Source: Vulcanimicrobiota bacterium
GTDB lineage: Bacteria > Vulcanimicrobiota > Vulcanimicrobiia > Vulcanimicrobiales > Vulcanimicrobiaceae
Direction: 5' to 3'
Assembly: GCA_963795855.1 (NCBI GenBank)
Contig: CAWCIZ010000003.1
Span: 384,001-448,000, forward strand
Length of the DNA: 64,000 nt
In this document: positions 59,695 to 64,000 of the stretch, piece after piece
How the letters are laid out: each line of letters begins with the position of its first letter
Position numbering within the stretch: the first letter of the stretch is position 1
Notes under the pieces: model-generated
The model's database searches: none
What the model was told of the DNA's origin: nothing
Seen by the model: the letters and a program-made list of their open reading frames with translations, nothing else
Made by a program: the position numbers and the translations under genes

Positions 59695-60350
59695 CGCCGT
59701 TCGCGCCGTTCGGGGCGCGGCTTCCGCCGCGCGCTCCGGAGGCGCTCGCGCGCGAGATTCTCTCGCAAGCCCGTTTCCGCGTTCGCCTTGCTGCGCCGCA
59801 GCGTACGTGGTGGGATGCGGTCCAAGGTTGGATCGGCGCGGAATGGAATCGCCTCGTCGATGCCTTCGCGCATCACGTGCGGATCGGCGCCGGGACGAGC
59901 ATCGCGTTCGGGGATCTTCTCGTCGCTGCAATCGTCGCGATCATCGCGATCGTTACGGTGAGATTGCTGCTCGGCATGGTGCGCGAAAGTTCCGGGCGCG
60001 GCCCCGCGCGGGCACCGGCGCACGCACACGCAAGCGCGCATGCGCTCCACGCTTTCGCGTTGCAAGCGGCGGAACGCGGCGCGTACGATACGGCCGTTGC
60101 ACTGCTTTTCAATGCTGCGCTTACGGCGCTCGACGCGCGCGGAGTGCTTCGCGACGATCCGGCGCGAACGGTCAAAGAGTGCACCCGCGACGTCCGCGCG
60201 CGCGTTCCGCGCGCCGCATTCGCATTCGAGGTTCTGGCCCGCGGATTTACGGCTGCGGTGTACGCCGAAGATCGTGTTACGCCGCAGCATTGGGCGGATG
60301 CGGAGCGCGCGTATGCGGCGTTCGTGACTACTGATGGTCATGCCGCGTAG
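59691..60350 (+). CDS. DUF4129-like membrane protein
   Basis: AREILS, one TM, DPARTVKE, F.AAVY; cluster context. Confidence 0.72.
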   Translation: MTPFAPFGARLPPRAPEALAREILSQARFRVRLAAPQRTWWDAVQGWIGAEWNRLVDAFAHHVRIGAGTSIAFGDLLVAAIVAIIAIVTVRLLLGMVRESSGRGPARAPAHAHASAHALHAFALQAAERGAYDTAVALLFNAALTALDARGVLRDDPARTVKECTRDVRARVPRAAFAFEVLARGFTAAVYAEDRVTPQHWADAERAYAAFVTTDGHAA

Positions 60351-61425
60351 TCGCAGCGCGGAGCTCGCGATTCTGATCGTTGCGGTGCTGCTTGTCGCCG
60401 TGCTGGCGCTGCTGCGGTCGTCGCAGAGCGCCGCAATGCCGAGCGAGCCGTCGACCTTCGACACGGGCGCGAACGGCTACGCTGCACTGTATTCGCTGCT
60501 GCAGCAAGAACGTGTACCGGCGGAGCGCTATGAGTTTCCCGCCGCGCAGATCGACGGCCGCGGTACCCTCGTCATCGCCGGCGACGGCGCGCTTGCAGCG
60601 GCTGCGTCTTCGCCGGAGGTACCCGGCGCGCTCGATCGGTGGACGCGCAACGGCAGCATGCTCGTGATTTTGGACGGCTCCGTCTCGCGCGCGTCGCGCT
60701 CGGCCTTCGGGCTTCTGCCGCTGTCGCGCGCGCGATCGTCTGCTACCGCGCGTACGGGCTGCGCATTCGCCGCATCGCAGCGCGGCTTGACGATCGCTGG
60801 GACGTTCGGAGGCGCAGGCACAGCGGCGTGCGATAGCCGGCGGGCCGCGGTGTTCGCGAACGGTGCCGACGCGTACGCGATCGCCTATCGACGCGGCCGG
60901 GGCACGATCGTTTTCGTGGACACTCCGAGCGTGTTCGACAACCTGCATCTCTCCCAGCGATCGAATGCGCGCGCAGCGTATGCAGTGCTCGCCGGCCATG
61001 GGCCGGTGCTCTTCGACGAGCGCGTTCACGGCTACGCCGCCGGCCGGTCGTTTTGGGAAGTACTGCCCGTCGCGATGCGCGTCGCGATTTTGCTCGCGAT
61101 AGCTGCTGCGGTACTCGCGATTGTGGGTGCGAATCTTCCGTTCGCGCCGCCGTATCGGGTGCCAAGCCAAGAAGAGCGGGATTCCGCGGCGTACATTGCA
61201 TCGGTGGCGCGTATGCTAGAGCGCGGCGGAGCAGCGAACGAAGCCGTCGCACGCATTGCGGCGCGGTGCGAACGCGTCCTGGCTCCTCGCGCGGGGGGCG
61301 ATGAACGGGCACGGATGTTGCTGCGCGAACTGCGAACACTCGAATCGACCCCGCGCCCGGGCACCAACGACGTGCTTCATGCCGGCCGCATCTTCGCACG
61401 CGTGCGAAAGGACTATGGATGCTGA
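60340..61425 (+). CDS. DUF4350-like membrane-anchored protein
   Basis: STFDTGANGYAALY, GRGTIVF, FDN, VLFDERVHG. Confidence 0.75.
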   Translation: MPRSRSAELAILIVAVLLVAVLALLRSSQSAAMPSEPSTFDTGANGYAALYSLLQQERVPAERYEFPAAQIDGRGTLVIAGDGALAAAASSPEVPGALDRWTRNGSMLVILDGSVSRASRSAFGLLPLSRARSSATARTGCAFAASQRGLTIAGTFGGAGTAACDSRRAAVFANGADAYAIAYRRGRGTIVFVDTPSVFDNLHLSQRSNARAAYAVLAGHGPVLFDERVHGYAAGRSFWEVLPVAMRVAILLAIAAAVLAIVGANLPFAPPYRVPSQEERDSAAYIASVARMLERGGAANEAVARIAARCERVLAPRAGGDERARMLLRELRTLESTPRPGTNDVLHAGRIFARVRKDYGC

Positions 61426-62387
61426 CGACGAGCGCCCACGAACTGGCCGAACGAATTACGCGCGGCATGCAAGGGATCATCGTCGGCGGCGATCGCACGA
61501 CGTTCGCGCTGCTGGTCGCGCTGTTCGCGCGCGGCCACGCGCTGATCGAAGGCGTGCCGGGGACGGGAAAGACGCTCGCGGTGCGCGCGCTCGCGTCGCT
61601 GATCGGCGCGCAGTACCGCCGCATCCAGTTCACGCCGGATCTGCTTCCCGCGGACGTCGTGGGCACGACGGTTTTCAACCCGAAGACGGCGGAATTCAGC
61701 ACGCGTCCGGGGCCGATTTTCACGAACGTTCTGCTTGCCGACGAAATCAACCGCACGCCGCCGAAGACGCAGTCTGCGTTGCTGGAAGCGATGGAAGAGG
61801 CGCGCGTGACGATCGACGGATCCCCGCTGACGCTTCCCGAGCCGTTCTTCGTGTGCGCCACGCAAAACCCGATCGAGTACGAAGGTACGTATCCTCTGCC
61901 GGAAGCGCAATTGGACCGGTTTCTCGTAAAGATCGACGCGACGTACCCGCACGAAGACCAAGAACTGCAACTGCTTGCGCGGGTGGCGGAGGGTTTCGAC
62001 GCACGCGCGATCGAGCCGCAAAGGACTGCTCCGCTTGCGCAGCCCGCGGAGATTTTGCAGGCGCAGGCGCAAGTGCGAACGGTGCACGTGTCGGCGGGCG
62101 TTCAACGCTATGTGTACGCCGTCGTCGCCGCTACGCGGGCGCACCGTCGCCTCGCGCTTGGCGCCAGTCCGCGCGCCGGCGTCTCGCTCTTGCTGGCAGC
62201 TCAGGCGTCAGCCGCGATCGAGGCGCGCGATTTCGCGACGCCGGACGACGTGAAGGAGATCGCCCCGCTCGTGCTGCCGCATCGGCTCATCGTACAGCCG
62301 GAAGCGGAGATCGAAGGAGTGGACGCGCCGGCGGTGCTCGCGCAGATTTTGCAAGCCGTTCCGGTGCCGCGTGAAACGACTGCGTGA
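61419..62387 (+). CDS. MoxR family AAA+ ATPase
   Basis: IEGVPGTGKT, RIQFTPDLLPAD, LADEINR, ATQNPIEYEGTYPLPEAQLDRF. Confidence 0.95.
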   Translation: MLTTSAHELAERITRGMQGIIVGGDRTTFALLVALFARGHALIEGVPGTGKTLAVRALASLIGAQYRRIQFTPDLLPADVVGTTVFNPKTAEFSTRPGPIFTNVLLADEINRTPPKTQSALLEAMEEARVTIDGSPLTLPEPFFVCATQNPIEYEGTYPLPEAQLDRFLVKIDATYPHEDQELQLLARVAEGFDARAIEPQRTAPLAQPAEILQAQAQVRTVHVSAGVQRYVYAVVAATRAHRRLALGASPRAGVSLLLAAQASAAIEARDFATPDDVKEIAPLVLPHRLIVQPEAEIEGVDAPAVLAQILQAVPVPRETTA

Positions 62388-63714
62388 CCGCCTGCGGATT
62401 CCGATATGGATCGCGCCGCGCGGCTATTGGGCGATTGCGCTCGCAGCTCTACTATTCGCCGCTTCGGCAGCCGCTGGACCGCTGTTCCGTATCGCTATTG
62501 CGTTTGCGGCGGCGATCGTTGCCGCGTTCATCGCGGACGCAGCGCTCGGCCCTAGCCGCGCGCGCGTAACCGTGGAGCGCGTGGAGCCGGGTGCGCTTTC
62601 GCTGCGGCGCGCAGGCATGCTTTCATACCGCCTGCGTAACGACGCGCAGATTGCGGTGCGCGCCGGCATCATCGAATCGCCGCTCTCGCTGCTGCAGTAC
62701 GACGCGGACGAGGTTATCGCGGTGGTGGCGCCGGCGAGCGAAGCGCGCCTTGATCGCGCCCTAACGCCCATCGCGCGCGGCACCGCGGCACTTGGCGATC
62801 TCTACGTTTGGTATGAGAATCCGCTCGGGCTGCTGCGCAGACGCATGCGAGTGACGCAAGAGCAGGTCGTGCGCGTGTATCCCGATCTGTCGGCGGTCGA
62901 GCGTTACGGAAATCTGCGCATGCGCAATCGTCTCATCGAGGCCGGGCTGCGTCGCATGAGGCTGCGCGGTATGGGAACCGAGCCGGAAAGCGTCCGTGAA
63001 TGGGCGGCAGGCGATCCGTTTCGCGCGATCGACTGGAAAGCGACGGCTCGGCGCGGCCGCGTCATGGTCGCGCAATACGAAGTGGAACGCACGCAGAACG
63101 TCATGATCGTTTTGGACGCGGGCCGGCTGATGACGCCTCGCGTCGACGAGCAGCGAAAGTTCGACTACGCGGTGACTGCAGCGATTTCGGTTGCGAGCGT
63201 CGCCGCGCTCACGAACGACAAAGTCGGCGTAATTGCCTTTGCGGGCGAAGTCCTGCGAGCGCTTGCGCCGCGGCCGGGCGGCCGATCCGGCAGCCGCGTT
63301 GCGGCGGCATTACACGATCTCGAGCCTCGTTTCGAAGAATCGGACTATGAGGGCGCGTTCGCCTACCTGCGAGCCCACGTGCACAAGCGCAGTTTGGTGG
63401 TAATGTTCACCGACATGGTGGATCCGGTCGCGCAGAGCGCGATGCTCGCGCAGATCGGAACGCTCGCGCGGCGCCATCTGGTGCTTTGCGCCTTTATGAA
63501 CGATGCGGCGATCGAACGGCGCCTGGAGGCGAGTCCGGACAGCGCCGCCGACGCGTATGCGACCGCCGTCGCGCTGGAACTTCAAGACGAGCGAAGAACG
63601 GCTGCCGCCGTGCTCGCGCGTATGGGCGTCCAGGTGATCGACGTTCCGGCCAAACAACTCTCGGTCGCCCTCATCGATCGCTATCTGCACGTCAAGGCGC
63701 GCGGTTTACTCTAG
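62371..63714 (+). CDS. DUF58 (vWA-like) domain protein
   Basis: VRVYP, REWAAGDPFRAIDWKATAR, VLDAGRLM; follows moxR. Confidence 0.9.
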   Translation: MKRLRDRLRIPIWIAPRGYWAIALAALLFAASAAAGPLFRIAIAFAAAIVAAFIADAALGPSRARVTVERVEPGALSLRRAGMLSYRLRNDAQIAVRAGIIESPLSLLQYDADEVIAVVAPASEARLDRALTPIARGTAALGDLYVWYENPLGLLRRRMRVTQEQVVRVYPDLSAVERYGNLRMRNRLIEAGLRRMRLRGMGTEPESVREWAAGDPFRAIDWKATARRGRVMVAQYEVERTQNVMIVLDAGRLMTPRVDEQRKFDYAVTAAISVASVAALTNDKVGVIAFAGEVLRALAPRPGGRSGSRVAAALHDLEPRFEESDYEGAFAYLRAHVHKRSLVVMFTDMVDPVAQSAMLAQIGTLARRHLVLCAFMNDAAIERRLEASPDSAADAYATAVALELQDERRTAAAVLARMGVQVIDVPAKQLSVALIDRYLHVKARGLL

Positions 63715-64000
63715 TCGTTCGCGTCCGCAAACTGCGAAATACGCAAGCAGCCCAATCGCCGTCAGGATTCCGAAGCCGGCGCGAACGTCCGCCGGGAAAC
63801 GCAGCGGCGAGAAGAAGCCTTCGATGATGCCCGCGACGCAAAGCATTGCGGTTACGCCGGCGATCAGCACGCCGGCCCTGGCGCTGTTTTGTGCGATCGC
63901 GTATTTTCGAGGCAGCCGCCCCGGCAGCACGACGCCCGCTGCCAAGAGGAGCCCCGCACCGCCGGCAATTTGGATCGCCGTGAGTTCGATGAACCCGTGG
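63706..64000 (-). CDS. SpoIIM/DUF95-family membrane protein (5' part outside the window)
   Basis: PHGFIELTAIQIAGGAGL and AGIIEGF motifs. Confidence 0.8.
   Translation of the reverse strand, partial: HGFIELTAIQIAGGAGLLLAAGVVLPGRLPRKYAIAQNSARAGVLIAGVTAMLCVAGIIEGFFSPLRFPADVRAGFGILTAIGLLAYFAVCGRERLE

Noticed and set aside
1..64000. Numerous long antisense or overlapping ORFs in the track (e.g. 18764..20410, 23976..25667, 9841..11307)
   Set aside because: Shadow frames of high-GC coding genes; Arg/Ala-rich with no motifs.
1..64000. CRISPR arrays, tRNA/rRNA, IS elements, prophage or defence systems
   Set aside because: No repeat-spacer periodicity, RNA gene signatures, transposase/integrase or recognisable defence genes were seen by eye.

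Overview
High-GC bacterial chromosomal window spanning the replication origin. The left arm (minus strand) reads rpmH-rnpA-yidD-yidC-jag-[SAM methyltransferase]-mnmE-mnmG-rsmG-[two parS-like sites]-cca-parA-parB-thiE-thiD-trpS. The centre holds DnaA boxes on both sides of dnaA and DnaA-trios before dnaN, followed by recF, dciA-like and gyrB (no adjacent gyrA). Next is a ~21 kb outer-membrane biogenesis cluster of the diderm-Terrabacteria type: tamB-like, bamA, three divergent Skp/OmpH genes, lpxD-lpxC-fabZ-lpxA-lpxB, a metallophosphoesterase, an LpxB-like GT-B protein, O-antigen ligase, lptC-lptB-lptF/G, DUF3084-like and YqgF-like genes. The right part has a TelA/YbjQ module, recQ, dnaX-ybaB-recR, an arsenic-resistance operon and a MoxR/DUF58 cluster. 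Gene order suggests a lineage such as Ca. Eremiobacterota (inference only). Many essential genes carry single-base indels, best explained as long-read assembly errors, so the apparent fusions are probably artefacts. The best novelty candidates are a UshA-like phosphoesterase with an LpxH-type GNR motif coupled to lpxB where no lpxH/I/G is seen, a tandem/giant/mini Skp trio, and a methyltransferase translationally coupled to mnmE. All calls come from motif recognition by eye; no searches were run.
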